DNA of 35,893 nt from Candidatus Limnocylindrales bacterium (GCA_035629915.1 DASQLS010000253.1:1-35893); one strand, 5' to 3'; positions 8,058-16,757 are shown, numbered from the stretch's first letter. The notes: generated by a model from the letters alone, not told the origin. Numbers and translations: made by a program.

Positions 8058-9384
8058 CGAGGACCGCCGGCCGCTCGCGAATGATTCGGCCGGCGACCGC
8101 CGAACGGACGCAATCGGTGACCGAGCCGTAGACCACCTCGACGCCCAGGTTGCCTGGCGCGTACCACGCCCATTTGGCAGAGTCGGTCATGACAGTGCTG
8201 CCCTGTGGCGCGCGCATGACAGGCGTGACGTACGTGCACGTATCGACGACAAGCTTCACGCCTGCCCGGCCCAGTCGGTCTTGCAGAGCCTGTCCGTTGG
8301 GGGTCTCCAGCGTGCGCCGCCCCGTCGAGGCGTACATCTCGATGCGTTGATGAACCCGCTTCCCGTCCAGCAGGCTGTCAAGCCGACTCAATTCGGCCAT
8401 CGAGAGATGAGGCGTGCCGACGCTGACCGCCGCAAGGCGGCCGGCACCGTCCGTTGTCGACAGCTCGCCCCATGCCCGCGCCAGCCGTTCCCGGCTGATG
8501 GTCATCTCTCGCTTCGGCGGCCGGCCGCCGAGTGCCTGCTCGAGGGTCTCCGCCTCGGGCGTAACGCCCACCGCGTGGAACATCGCCACCGCACCGGCCG
8601 AGGCAGCGGCAGCACTGAGCGCCTTGAGCTGATCCTCGGATGTGTCGCCCGGCAGGCCAACGATCGCCGGCACGAGGCCGCCCGACTCCTGGCCGACGAC
8701 GTGGCCCACGACGCCGTACAGCTCGTCGGCCAGCTCAGAACCCGCAAGACCGTCGTCGAGACGCAGCACTATCCGGGCGCGGCGGTTCTCAGTTCGATGC
8801 AGGCCCGCGTCGGGCACGCGACCGGTCAGCGCGGCGCAGATGTCGATGAAGTCGCCGTAGCGACCGGTGCGCGCGCCGAGCACGGAGTTGGCGAAGACGA
8901 TCGCGTTCGACTCGGCCCACGCGACGTGCTGCCCGAGCCGCGGCCGGTCGGGCAGCTGGTACGGCGCGCAGGTCCAGGTCGGATCGCAGCCCATCGCCAC
9001 GTACGCGTCCATCAGCTGCCGAGCGCGGTCGCGCGTCGCGGCGTCGAGCTGGATCAGCTCGGGGTGGAGCAGGTCCAGCGCCGAGACGTTGAGCGTGGTC
9101 GGGACCGCGACGCGCCCGCCGGCTGCGACGAGCCGCTCCGCGAAGTCGAGGCCGACCGGCCCGTGATAGAGGCAGCCATCTATGTGGGCCGCGCTGACCG
9201 GTCGCAGACGGCGGGCGCCATTGACCCGGGCGAGGGCGACGATGAGGTGCATCGCCATCTGGAGCGCCTCGCCTGCAGCGCCGGACAGCATCCGATCCTC
9301 GTCCGCCGTCAGGCGCAGATCGGGTCCTTTCTCCGCTCGTGCCACTCGGGCATGGTGACAGGATCGACTGCTAACCTGAGCCAC
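8050..9384 (-). CDS. aconitase X catalytic subunit (DUF521)
   Basis: LTADEDRMLSGAAGEALQMAMHLIVALARVNGARRL.PVSAAHIDGC is a typical DUF521 N-terminus. Conserved Cys contexts are HIDGC, TCAPYQ and DTCTY. The start is uncertain: ATG at 9384 lies 5 nt from tRNA-Arg, and a GTG at 9345 is an alternative. Confidence 0.85.
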   Translation of the reverse strand: MAQVSSRSCHHARVARAEKGPDLRLTADEDRMLSGAAGEALQMAMHLIVALARVNGARRLRPVSAAHIDGCLYHGPVGLDFAERLVAAGGRVAVPTTLNVSALDLLHPELIQLDAATRDRARQLMDAYVAMGCDPTWTCAPYQLPDRPRLGQHVAWAESNAIVFANSVLGARTGRYGDFIDICAALTGRVPDAGLHRTENRRARIVLRLDDGLAGSELADELYGVVGHVVGQESGGLVPAIVGLPGDTSEDQLKALSAAAASAGAVAMFHAVGVTPEAETLEQALGGRPPKREMTISRERLARAWGELSTTDGAGRLAAVSVGTPHLSMAELSRLDSLLDGKRVHQRIEMYASTGRRTLETPNGQALQDRLGRAGVKLVVDTCTYVTPVMRAPQGSTVMTDSAKWAWYAPGNLGVEVVYGSVTDCVRSAVAGRIIRERPAVLDG

Positions 9385-9389
9385 GGCGT

Positions 9390-9465
9390 GCGCCCGTAGC
9401 TCAGCGGATAGAGCGTCTGCCTCCGGAGCAGAAGGTCGTGGGTTCGAGTCCCGCCGGGCGCGCCA
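9390..9465 (+). tRNA. tRNA-Arg (anticodon CCG), CCA encoded
   Basis: GCGCCCG-TA-GCTC-AGCGGATA-GAGC-G-TCTGC-CTCCGGA-GCAGA-AGGTC-GTGGG-TTCGAGT-CCCGC-CGGGCGC-G-CCA, read by eye. Confidence 0.92.
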
Positions 9466-9495
9466 CTCCCCTGAGTTCGCGAACCGTTGCGCCTT

Positions 9496-10287
9496 TTAGC
9501 CGCGCAGCGTTCCTTGGCGGAGCACCGCGAGAACGCCCGTCGCGCCGAGCGGCTTGCTGAAGAAGAAGCCCTGGCCGTAGCGGCAACCGAGCTCGGCCAA
9601 GCGCCACGCCTGTTCGCGCGACTCGACGCCCTTGGCCACGACCTCCGCCCCGCGCAAGTCGGCCAGGCTGATGAGCGACAGGGCGAACGCCGATTCGTCG
9701 GCCGGTCCATTAATCGCCGCGACGAACTCGCGTGCCAGCTTTACCTGGTCAACCGGCAGATGCTTCAGATCGGCCAATGAAGTAGCCATGCCAAAGTCGT
9801 CGAGCGCGACTCGTACGCCAGCCTCGCGCAGCTCGCTCAGCGCGGCGACGATCGGTGCACTGTCCTTTGGGGCGCCGCTGGTCAACTCAACCGTCAGGAG
9901 GCGCGGCTCGAGACCGGCGGCTGCAACAGTGGCGAGCATCAGCGCGGCGGCGCCCGGCGCGCGGAGCTGGTTGGGCACCATGTTCACGCTGACGAATCCG
10001 GGCCGCTCGGCAGTGCGCGGCCAGCCCGCCGCCGCGCGCGCGGCCTGGTCGAGGACGAACGCGCCGAGCTGATCGATGAAGCCAGCCTGTTCGGCGATCG
10101 GCAGGAAGTCGTTCGGCGCGATCGTGCCGCGCCGCGGGTGGCGCCAACGGACGAGCGCCTCGGCGCCGGCAACGGTGCCGCCGCCCAGTCGCACGACAGG
10201 CTGAAACTCGAGTCTGAATTCCCCCCGGTCTACGGCGCCTTCGAGATCACGGCGAAGCTCGTCGGCACCGGGGGCCACGTTCGCCAT
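9496..10287 (-). CDS. stand-alone EAL domain protein, probably catalytically degenerate
   Basis: EFRLEFQPVV, AEALVRW, VSVN, ALDDFG and YGQGFFFSKP identify the EAL fold. However, ELTE is ELTS, K-x-D is KLA, EGVE is KGVE, and loop 6 GTGYSS is GMATSL. Confidence 0.8.
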   Translation of the reverse strand: MANVAPGADELRRDLEGAVDRGEFRLEFQPVVRLGGGTVAGAEALVRWRHPRRGTIAPNDFLPIAEQAGFIDQLGAFVLDQAARAAAGWPRTAERPGFVSVNMVPNQLRAPGAAALMLATVAAAGLEPRLLTVELTSGAPKDSAPIVAALSELREAGVRVALDDFGMATSLADLKHLPVDQVKLAREFVAAINGPADESAFALSLISLADLRGAEVVAKGVESREQAWRLAELGCRYGQGFFFSKPLGATGVLAVLRQGTLRG

Positions 10288-10290
10288 GGG

Positions 10291-11019
10291 TCAACGATAC
10301 ATTTCTGGAAGGCCCGCAATTTGGCGCGCGCGCGTGAACACCTCGGTCAGCATCTCGGGCGTGAGGCGGCCGGTGAAGGTGTTCTGCTGGCTGGGGTGAT
10401 AGGAGCCGAGCAGCGTGTACTGGTCGACACGTGCCTCGGCCAGGTGGGCGAACGCCGGCCGTGGCCGCACCGGGTGGCCGAGGGTGGCCAGCGTGCGCAA
10501 CACGCCGTCCCACGCGAAGCCGCCGAGGCAAACGATGAGGCGCATCTTGTTCAGCGCGCGCATCTCCTCGACCAGGAAGGGCAGACAGTTGTCGCGTTCC
10601 TCGGGGGTTGGCTTGTTGTCGGGTGGCGCGCAGCGATTGACGGCGCCGACGTACAGATCGATCAGCTGCATCCCGTCGCCGACATGGGTGCCGATGGGTT
10701 GATTGGCGAAGCCCGTCGAGTACAGGACGGGAAAGAGGAACTCACCCGACCGATCGCCGGTGAAGATGCGGCCGGTCCGATTGCCACCGTGGGCGGCCGG
10801 CGCGAGGCCGACGATCATCACCCTTGCGCCGGGATCGCCGAAGCCGGGGACGGGTCGCGCCCAGTAGGTCTCGTCGCGGAAGCGCGCCGGCGGGCTCTTT
10901 GCCGCTTCCTCGCGCCACCAGACGAGCCTCGGACAGCGGCTGCAGTTGATGATCCGCTCGTTGATGTCGGCAAGGGCATCCGCCGAGCGGCTCAGGCTCG
11001 TCGAACCGGATCCGCTCAT
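10291..11019 (-). CDS. udgB: uracil-DNA glycosylase, family 5 (UdgB-like), Fe-S type
   Basis: CSRCPRLV, GLAPAAHGGNRTGRIFTGDRSG and HPSQQN motifs. The ATGA start/stop overlaps the upstream flavoprotein gene. Confidence 0.8.
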   Translation of the reverse strand: MSGSGSTSLSRSADALADINERIINCSRCPRLVWWREEAAKSPPARFRDETYWARPVPGFGDPGARVMIVGLAPAAHGGNRTGRIFTGDRSGEFLFPVLYSTGFANQPIGTHVGDGMQLIDLYVGAVNRCAPPDNKPTPEERDNCLPFLVEEMRALNKMRLIVCLGGFAWDGVLRTLATLGHPVRPRPAFAHLAEARVDQYTLLGSYHPSQQNTFTGRLTPEMLTEVFTRARQIAGLPEMYR

Positions 11020-12530
11020 CGGACCGCGCCGGATGTCACTCCTCTGAGCAGCTGCGAGAGCTGCGCTCGGTTATCGCCGGTGCGGAAATCGTGCAGCGGG
11101 TGCGACGCGAGGAGCGTCTCCTGCGCGGGCCGGCCCTGCGCTCGGACGTATACGGCCGGGTGGATGTCGCCCGTGTCATCGGTTTCGACAGTGATCGCCA
11201 CTGCGGCGTCGCCCTCCTCGTCGACGAAATGGGCGAGCGGAACGATGCCGTCGTCGCGAATGCCTTCATCGGGATTGAGCGAGAAGGCACGGGCCAGGTA
11301 CGACTTCTGGTTCCACAGCTCGGGCGCCTCGGTCGCCTCGGTCAGCAGCAGGTCCAACAGCCGGTCGGGCGCGATGGTCGGTCGCTCCTGCTGCACCCCG
11401 AACTTCGAGCTGGCCAGCTGGCCGATCATCGTTCGCGCGTTGTACCGCGCACCGTGCACGGCGCCCGAGTTGGCCGGCATGCCGTACTTCTTCATGCCCG
11501 CCACTCCCTGGCCGATGGTGCCCGCGAAGTACAGCCCGGGCACGCTGGCACTCTCCCAGTAGTTGGTCATCGCCGGCAGCCCGCTGCGCCCGAATACGTC
11601 GACGCCGAGCTTGGGCAGGTCGAGCAGCGGGCAGGTGAAGCCGGTCGCGGCGATGACCTCGTCGGCATCGACCGAGATCTCCATGCCACCCTCGGACCTG
11701 ATGCAGTGAACCCGGTATGACGCTCCGAGTCGTTCGATGCGCGAGATCGAGGCGTTCAGGATGAACACGCCGCCGCCGAGGATCTCGTCCTCGACTGGCA
11801 GCACATAGCGGGCGCGCACGCCGAGCAGCGAATGGGTATTGACCGAGAGCTTGGTCGGCCGCGGGGAGGCGAGGACGATGCGCTGCGCCCATTGGAGGAG
11901 GCCGGTGGCGAGCTCGAAGCCAGAGTTCTCCTTGCCGACGATGAACAGCCGCTTGCCGGCGTAGTTCTCCGGAGGCTGGGTGTCGGCGTAGTGCGGCACC
12001 AGATCGAAGCCGGGCGTGTCGGGTTTGAGCGGCTCGGCGACGCCGACCGCAAACACGGCCGCCTGGCACCGATACTCCCCGTCGGAGGTTTCCAGCACGA
12101 ACTGCTCGCCGTCGCGCCGAGTGCCCTCCCAGCGACAGCCGTAGCGAACCTGCAGCCCGGTCCGGCTGACGTACTCGGCGAGGTTGTTCTCCATCTCCGG
12201 CCGCGACGGAAACGACGACGTTCCGTCCATCAGGTCGGGCATGATCGCCCGGTTGCCAGGCTCCTCCGCGAGCAGGCTGTTCCAGTCGTACCAGTAATAG
12301 AAGCGGTGGTCGCGCTCGACCGGTGCGTACGGCTTGGTCCACGACAGAAGGCGCTGGAAGAACGGGAACTGGCGGAACATGCCGCCGGGCGACGGATCGG
12401 CCGAGATCAGCGCGTGATCGATGCCCAGGTGGCGCAGGTAGTAGCTGGCCTGCAACCCACCCGGTCCGCTGCCGACCACCACAACGGGGTAATCGCCGGG
12501 TGGGAAGGGCCGCTCCTCTAGCTCCGCCAT
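11016..12530 (-). CDS. FAD/NAD(P)-binding oxidoreductase, flavin-monooxygenase-like (Pyr_redox_3-like) with ~130-aa C-terminal extension
   Basis: VVVGSGPGGLQASYYL (first GxGxxG), LFIVGKENSGFELA (second dinucleotide site) and VIAATGF. There is no CxxC redox pair. The start overlaps the upstream CNB gene by 13 nt. Confidence 0.7.
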   Translation of the reverse strand: MAELEERPFPPGDYPVVVVGSGPGGLQASYYLRHLGIDHALISADPSPGGMFRQFPFFQRLLSWTKPYAPVERDHRFYYWYDWNSLLAEEPGNRAIMPDLMDGTSSFPSRPEMENNLAEYVSRTGLQVRYGCRWEGTRRDGEQFVLETSDGEYRCQAAVFAVGVAEPLKPDTPGFDLVPHYADTQPPENYAGKRLFIVGKENSGFELATGLLQWAQRIVLASPRPTKLSVNTHSLLGVRARYVLPVEDEILGGGVFILNASISRIERLGASYRVHCIRSEGGMEISVDADEVIAATGFTCPLLDLPKLGVDVFGRSGLPAMTNYWESASVPGLYFAGTIGQGVAGMKKYGMPANSGAVHGARYNARTMIGQLASSKFGVQQERPTIAPDRLLDLLLTEATEAPELWNQKSYLARAFSLNPDEGIRDDGIVPLAHFVDEEGDAAVAITVETDDTGDIHPAVYVRAQGRPAQETLLASHPLHDFRTGDNRAQLSQLLRGVTSGAVR

Positions 12531-12946
12531 CGGTTGGCGTTGCGCAGACGAAGTGCGACGGACTTGAGCATTCGATACATCACGGGCGGGTAATCGCGCA
12601 GGAACCCCTCGAGCTCTGAGCCACCGAGGTGCAGCACGCGCAGCTGGCGCGTCGTCACGACATCGGCCACGGGCGGCTCACCGAGCAGGATCGACATCTC
12701 GCCGAAGAAGTCGCCCTTGCCCAGACGGGCGATCTCGTTGCCATCGATCTTGATCGCGACCTCACCCTCGACGATGACGTAGAAACCGGTGCCGGTGAAA
12801 CCCTGGCGCAGGATGCGCTGGCCGATCGGGTACGACTCCTCGGTCATCTGGTGCGCAACCGCCTCGACCTGCGGGCGTGACAGGTCGGCGAAGAGTGTCA
12901 ATCCAGATAGCGTGTCGACCAGCTCCTGCTGGCTCATCGCGCTCAT
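12518..12946 (-). CDS. single-domain cyclic-nucleotide-binding (CNB/CAP-type) protein, phosphate-binding cassette lacks the conserved Arg
   Basis: LFADLS.....V, GTGFYVIVEGEV and GDFFGEMSIL identify the CNB fold. The PBC reads FGEMSILLGEPPVADV where R-[ST]-A is expected. There is no effector domain (142 aa). Confidence 0.8.
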   Translation of the reverse strand: MSAMSQQELVDTLSGLTLFADLSRPQVEAVAHQMTEESYPIGQRILRQGFTGTGFYVIVEGEVAIKIDGNEIARLGKGDFFGEMSILLGEPPVADVVTTRQLRVLHLGGSELEGFLRDYPPVMYRMLKSVALRLRNANRWRS

Positions 12947-12964
12947 CGAAGGTGCCTCGCGCCG

Positions 12965-13393
12965 CTAATGACGGTGGTGCTCGCCGAACTCGCGAATGCG
13001 AGCGACCAGGCCGCGAATGAGATTCAGCGACAGCGCCGTGTCGGTCTGCAGGAGCGTCAGCAGCTCCCACGACGCCAGGCCGAGGCAGCGTGTGTCGGTG
13101 ATCGCCTGGACACTTGCGTTGCGTGGCTGCTGATCGATCACCGACAGCTCGCCGAAGAAGTCGCCCGGGCCGAGATCGGCCAGCTCTTCCGATCCGCGCA
13201 GGACCTTCACCGCACCTTCGACCACGATGTACAAGCCGGTGCCGATCTGACCCTGGCGGACGATGAACTGGCCGGCGGAAAAATCCTGTTCGCCGGTCGC
13301 AGCGGCGAGGCGAGCCATCGACTCGAAGCTGATCCCCGCGAACAGCGGCACGTGCTCCAGCGCCAGGGCCTTCTCCTCGTCCGACATCGCCAT
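12965..13393 (-). CDS. single-domain cyclic-nucleotide-binding (CNB/CAP-type) protein
   Basis: ORF 12965..13525 trimmed to Met45 (cat at 13391-13393), so that it starts after the acyP stop. Motifs are VPLFAGIS, GTGLYIVVEGAV and GDFFGELSVIDQQPRNASV (Arg retained, RNA instead of R-[ST]-A). 143 aa with no effector domain. Confidence 0.8.
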   Translation of the reverse strand: MAMSDEEKALALEHVPLFAGISFESMARLAAATGEQDFSAGQFIVRQGQIGTGLYIVVEGAVKVLRGSEELADLGPGDFFGELSVIDQQPRNASVQAITDTRCLGLASWELLTLLQTDTALSLNLIRGLVARIREFGEHHRH

Positions 13394-13415
13394 GTTCAGC
13401 ACGATAGCACCGGCC

Positions 13416-13721
13416 TCAGTCGCCGCGATGACCGGCCGAGCGGATGCCAAATGTGGTGAAGCCACCCGTCGCGGGCAGGCGTCGATGGTCGATGCGAGCG
13501 ACCTGAGCGCCGACCGGTCCCTCACTCAAAGCGGCCAGAAGCTCGTCGAGCGCAGGGCCGGTGCCCTCGGCCAGGACCCTGACCGAGCCATCACTTTCGT
13601 TCGCCGCCCAACCGGTCAGGCCCAGACGCGTGGCTCGCTGCACGGTGAACCAGCGGAACCCCACGCCCTGGACGACGCCGTGGACGGTCGCTTCGAGGCG
13701 CTCGATCGCTCCCTCGGTCAT
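13416..13721 (-). CDS. acyP: acylphosphatase
   Basis: [13 protein letters not shown]......LGLTGWA.N..DGSV is the acylphosphatase signature. The start is taken at MTEGAIE (cat at 13719-13721), giving an ATGA overlap with the holB stop. Confidence 0.8.
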   Translation of the reverse strand: MTEGAIERLEATVHGVVQGVGFRWFTVQRATRLGLTGWAANESDGSVRVLAEGTGPALDELLAALSEGPVGAQVARIDHRRLPATGGFTTFGIRSAGHRGD

Positions 13722-14827
13722 GCCGCGCGGCGAGCGTGCGGCCACTCGATCAGCAACGCGTCGAGCGCCAGCTCAGGGTTGGCGTAGGCATCGAGTGCGC
13801 GGCTGACGGCCTCGATGCGACCGAGGAAAGAGGCCGCGGCGCCTGGGTCGACGAGCCTGCCTGCGGCGGTCGTCTCTTCGAGCAGCTCGTGCATGCGCAG
13901 CTCGCGGCTGCCGCCCCGCGTGGCGACGGCCAGATCTCGCGCGACGTCGAGCCAAACGCCGAGCACCTGCGCCGCGGCCGCGCGCCGCTCGGCCGGACTG
14001 ACGCGCTTGCCCGAACGCTCGAGGGGTGGCTCGTCCACGGCATCGGCAAAGCCTGCGTCGGCCGCGGCGGCGGCCGTAGCCAGCGCCGCGCCATCCTCGA
14101 TCAGTGCCGACTGGGCGGCGAGCCGCGTCCGGCGATCGGCCGAAAGCAGGTCGAGCAGCGTGCGCGCCAGGCGCGCGCGCACGATCACCACTTCCGGTCT
14201 CGAGGCGAGCGACAGCGCGACACCCGGCCGACCGCCGGAGAGGCGGCCCAAGGCGGCACCGCGGGCACGATCGCCGACGCCGGCCTCTTCGACCATCGCC
14301 GCGATGACCTCGGCATCGACGGGCCCGAGCCGCACGCGCGTGCAGCGGCTGACGACGGTCGGCAACAGGCTGCTCGAGTCATCGGCGCAGAGCACCAGGA
14401 CGACAGCGGGCGGCGGTTCCTCGAGCGTCTTGAGGATCGCGTTCTGGGCATCGAGGTTCAGGCGGTGCGCGCCCTGGACGATCGCCACCCGGAACCGTCC
14501 CTCGAGCGGAAGGAGCGCCAGGTCGGCCGCCAGCGCCTGAACCTGGGCGACGCGAATCTGCTGTCCGGCGCCTTCGGGCGCCGTGACATGCAGGTCCGGG
14601 TGATTGCCGTGCTCGACCTTGCGGCAGGCAGCGCAGTCGCGACACGGCCGATGGGTGGGATCGTCGGCCAGGCACAACAGGCCACAGGCAAGATCGAGCG
14701 CAAGCGTCGTCTTGCCGACCCTGTCCGGGCCGACGAAAAGAAGCGCGTGCGGCGGTCGCTCGCTCTCGATGGCACGCTCGATCAGGCCGAGCGCGGCGGT
14801 TTGACCTCGGGTCTTGAAGGCGCCCAC
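13718..14827 (-). CDS. holB: DNA polymerase III subunit delta prime
   Basis: [25 protein letters not shown] (Walker A-like), the zinc-module [30 protein letters not shown] and VVSRC. The start is a GTG at 14827. Confidence 0.85.
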   Translation of the reverse strand: MGAFKTRGQTAALGLIERAIESERPPHALLFVGPDRVGKTTLALDLACGLLCLADDPTHRPCRDCAACRKVEHGNHPDLHVTAPEGAGQQIRVAQVQALAADLALLPLEGRFRVAIVQGAHRLNLDAQNAILKTLEEPPPAVVLVLCADDSSSLLPTVVSRCTRVRLGPVDAEVIAAMVEEAGVGDRARGAALGRLSGGRPGVALSLASRPEVVIVRARLARTLLDLLSADRRTRLAAQSALIEDGAALATAAAAADAGFADAVDEPPLERSGKRVSPAERRAAAAQVLGVWLDVARDLAVATRGGSRELRMHELLEETTAAGRLVDPGAAASFLGRIEAVSRALDAYANPELALDALLIEWPHARRAA

Positions 14828-14837
14828 CGTGGGCGGC

Positions 14838-16757
14838 TCAGGACTCCTCGGTCGAGGAGGCGGTCGTCTTGCGTCGACGAACCGTCTTCTTGGGCGCTTC
14901 CTCGGCGGTGGCCGCTTCCTCGGCAGCAGCGGACTCCGCGGCTGCCGGCTCCTTGGCTTCCGACGCCGAAACCTTGGCCTTCGTGGCCGTCGCCTTGGTC
15001 GTCGTCGCCTTGGTAGTGCGCGGCTTGCGTGCCGGCTTGGCAGCAGCGGCGTCCGCGTCGGCAGCGTCGAGGGATTCGGTCTCGGCGGTCGAGGCCGTGG
15101 CCCTGGTCGATGTCGCCTTGGTCACACGCGGCTTGCGTGCTGGCTTGGCAGCAGCTGCCGGCTCGTCGGTCGCCGTTGACCCGAAGCCACCCGCGGTGGC
15201 CCCGAAGTCGCCCGCCGTCGCTCCGAAGTCGCTCACCGCGACCTCTTCGAACCCGGTGCTCAGCACAGGTGCCTCGAACGATGGCGCCTCGGACGAAGGA
15301 GTGAAGGACTCGCTCGACGGCGCCGCACCGCTTCCGGCAGGCTGCTTGCGCGCCATCTCGGCGCGAAGCATCTGCTCGAGCTCGGGCGGAACCTCCGACC
15401 ACGGCTCGCTCGATGAGCGAGCCTCGCTCGGCATCGGTCGATCCTCGACCCGCGGCGGCCGGTTCGACGGGCGGCTGGGCTGCGGCCGGCCACCACGATT
15501 CCGGTCGCGGCTGCGATCGGGTCGATTGCCGCCGCCGCCACCGCCGCTGCCGTAGCTCGGCTGCGGAGGAGCGCTGCGACCGTAACGCTCGCGATCGAGC
15601 GCGGCCTGGTAGGCCGACCGGCCACGTGGCGAGCGAACGCCGCCGCGGCCCTGACTCTGGCCGCGCTGGCGGCGCTCGGCCAGGAGGTACTCGGGCACCT
15701 CCGGCTCGTCGAGGTCATCCTCGTCCTCGCCACCGAGTGACGTGGTCATCGGCGAGCTTGGCAGTGCCGAGGACGGCACGCCGAGCTGGCTGTCCCAGAC
15801 CGATCCGAACGTGTGGTGCGGGAGCTGCGTCGGTGTGGCGACGTCCTCGAACTCCTCGTCCTCCTCGCCACTCTGAGCGGCCACCGGCTCGTCGCCGATC
15901 GGCGCGCCCTCACCGGGCTGCCGGCCACGACCGCGACCGCGACCGCCTCGTCGGCGGCGTCGGCGGCGACCGTCCTCTCCGATCACGTCACCGTCCTGGG
16001 CCGGCTCACTGCCATTGGCAGATGAGGCGACAGCGGCAACGTCGCCCGTCAGCTCCTCGGCGTCCTCGCCGTCCTCCGGTGCGCGCGAAAGGCGCTCGCC
16101 GGGGAGCACTACGAGGTTGCCGGGCAGCGCCTCGACGACGACCGGCTCCTCTACGCGTTCCTCGCGGGTTGTGCGTCCGCCGCGTCGGCGGCGCGGCGCA
16201 CCCTCGGTTTCCTTCTCGGGAACTTCGGTCATCGACAGGTCGCCCTCACTGGCGACGCGGCGGCCGCTCCGCACGGAGCCCTTCTCGACGCGCGCGATCT
16301 GGGCGATATCGGTGAACTGGTCGGCCACCTCGATCAGGTCCGAGCTGGTGTTGCCGCGGAAGCTGATCACTTCACAACGAACGCCCATCTCCTGCACCGC
16401 GCGAATGGCGGGCGCGAAGTCACCGTCACCGGAGACAACGACGGCAATGTCGAGGTTGCGGGCGGTCTTCATCAGGTCGACAACGAGCTCGATGTCGAGG
16501 TTCGCCTTGATTCGGCCGTCGCCGTACTTGCGAATGTCCTTGCTGATGACCTTGTAGCCGCTCCGGGCCAGAAAGGAATGGAACTGGCGCTGGTTTTCAT
16601 TTTCCGGATCCAGACCGGTGTACGCGTAGGCGCGTACGAAATCGCGGTTGGCGGTCGCTGACTTGAGCAGCGTGACGTAGTCGATGTCGACTCCCGCCGC
16701 CTTTGCCGCGTAGAAGATGTTCGCAACGTCCACGAAGACGGCGACGTTCTTGCTCAC
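14838..16757 (-). CDS. NYN/LabA-like (DUF88) nuclease-domain protein with ~470-aa low-complexity C-terminal tail
   Basis: VAVFVDVANIFY, NLDIELVVD and VVVSGDGDFAPAI are NYN acidic-residue motifs in the first ~165 aa. The rest is R/G/E/P/A/T-rich. The start is probably the GTG at 16757 (GGAGAA SD 6 nt upstream); the ORF also extends to a TTG at 16769. Confidence 0.8.
   Translation of the reverse strand: MSKNVAVFVDVANIFYAAKAAGVDIDYVTLLKSATANRDFVRAYAYTGLDPENENQRQFHSFLARSGYKVISKDIRKYGDGRIKANLDIELVVDLMKTARNLDIAVVVSGDGDFAPAIRAVQEMGVRCEVISFRGNTSSDLIEVADQFTDIAQIARVEKGSVRSGRRVASEGDLSMTEVPEKETEGAPRRRRGGRTTREERVEEPVVVEALPGNLVVLPGERLSRAPEDGEDAEELTGDVAAVASSANGSEPAQDGDVIGEDGRRRRRRRGGRGRGRGRQPGEGAPIGDEPVAAQSGEEDEEFEDVATPTQLPHHTFGSVWDSQLGVPSSALPSSPMTTSLGGEDEDDLDEPEVPEYLLAERRQRGQSQGRGGVRSPRGRSAYQAALDRERYGRSAPPQPSYGSGGGGGGNRPDRSRDRNRGGRPQPSRPSNRPPRVEDRPMPSEARSSSEPWSEVPPELEQMLRAEMARKQPAGSGAAPSSESFTPSSEAPSFEAPVLSTGFEEVAVSDFGATAGDFGATAGGFGSTATDEPAAAAKPARKPRVTKATSTRATASTAETESLDAADADAAAAKPARKPRTTKATTTKATATKAKVSASEAKEPAAAESAAAEEAATAEEAPKKTVRRRKTTASSTEES
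15004..15243 (-). repeat. in-frame coding repeats inside the NYN-tail gene (2 x 44-nt cores with 108-nt period; 3 x 21-nt units)
   Basis: 15004-15047 and 15112-15155 are near-identical and encode AAAAKPARKPR[VT]TKAT. 15181-15243 is three imperfect 21-nt units encoding DFGATAG/DFGATAG/GFGSTAT. Confidence 0.8.

Noticed and set aside
2599-9465. Possibility that the tRNA-Asp or tRNA-Arg genes mark an integrated genomic island.
   Set aside because: I saw no integrase, recombinase, transposase or phage-like ORF anywhere in the window, and I noticed no direct repeat of a tRNA 3' end. The flanking genes are ordinary metabolic genes with the same GC-rich character.
15004-15243. Tandem and direct repeats (also 17784..17888) considered as a possible CRISPR array or other non-coding repeat array.
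   Set aside because: The repeats are in frame inside well-supported genes, have 15-, 21- and 108-nt periods with no unique spacers of CRISPR size, and no cas genes are present.
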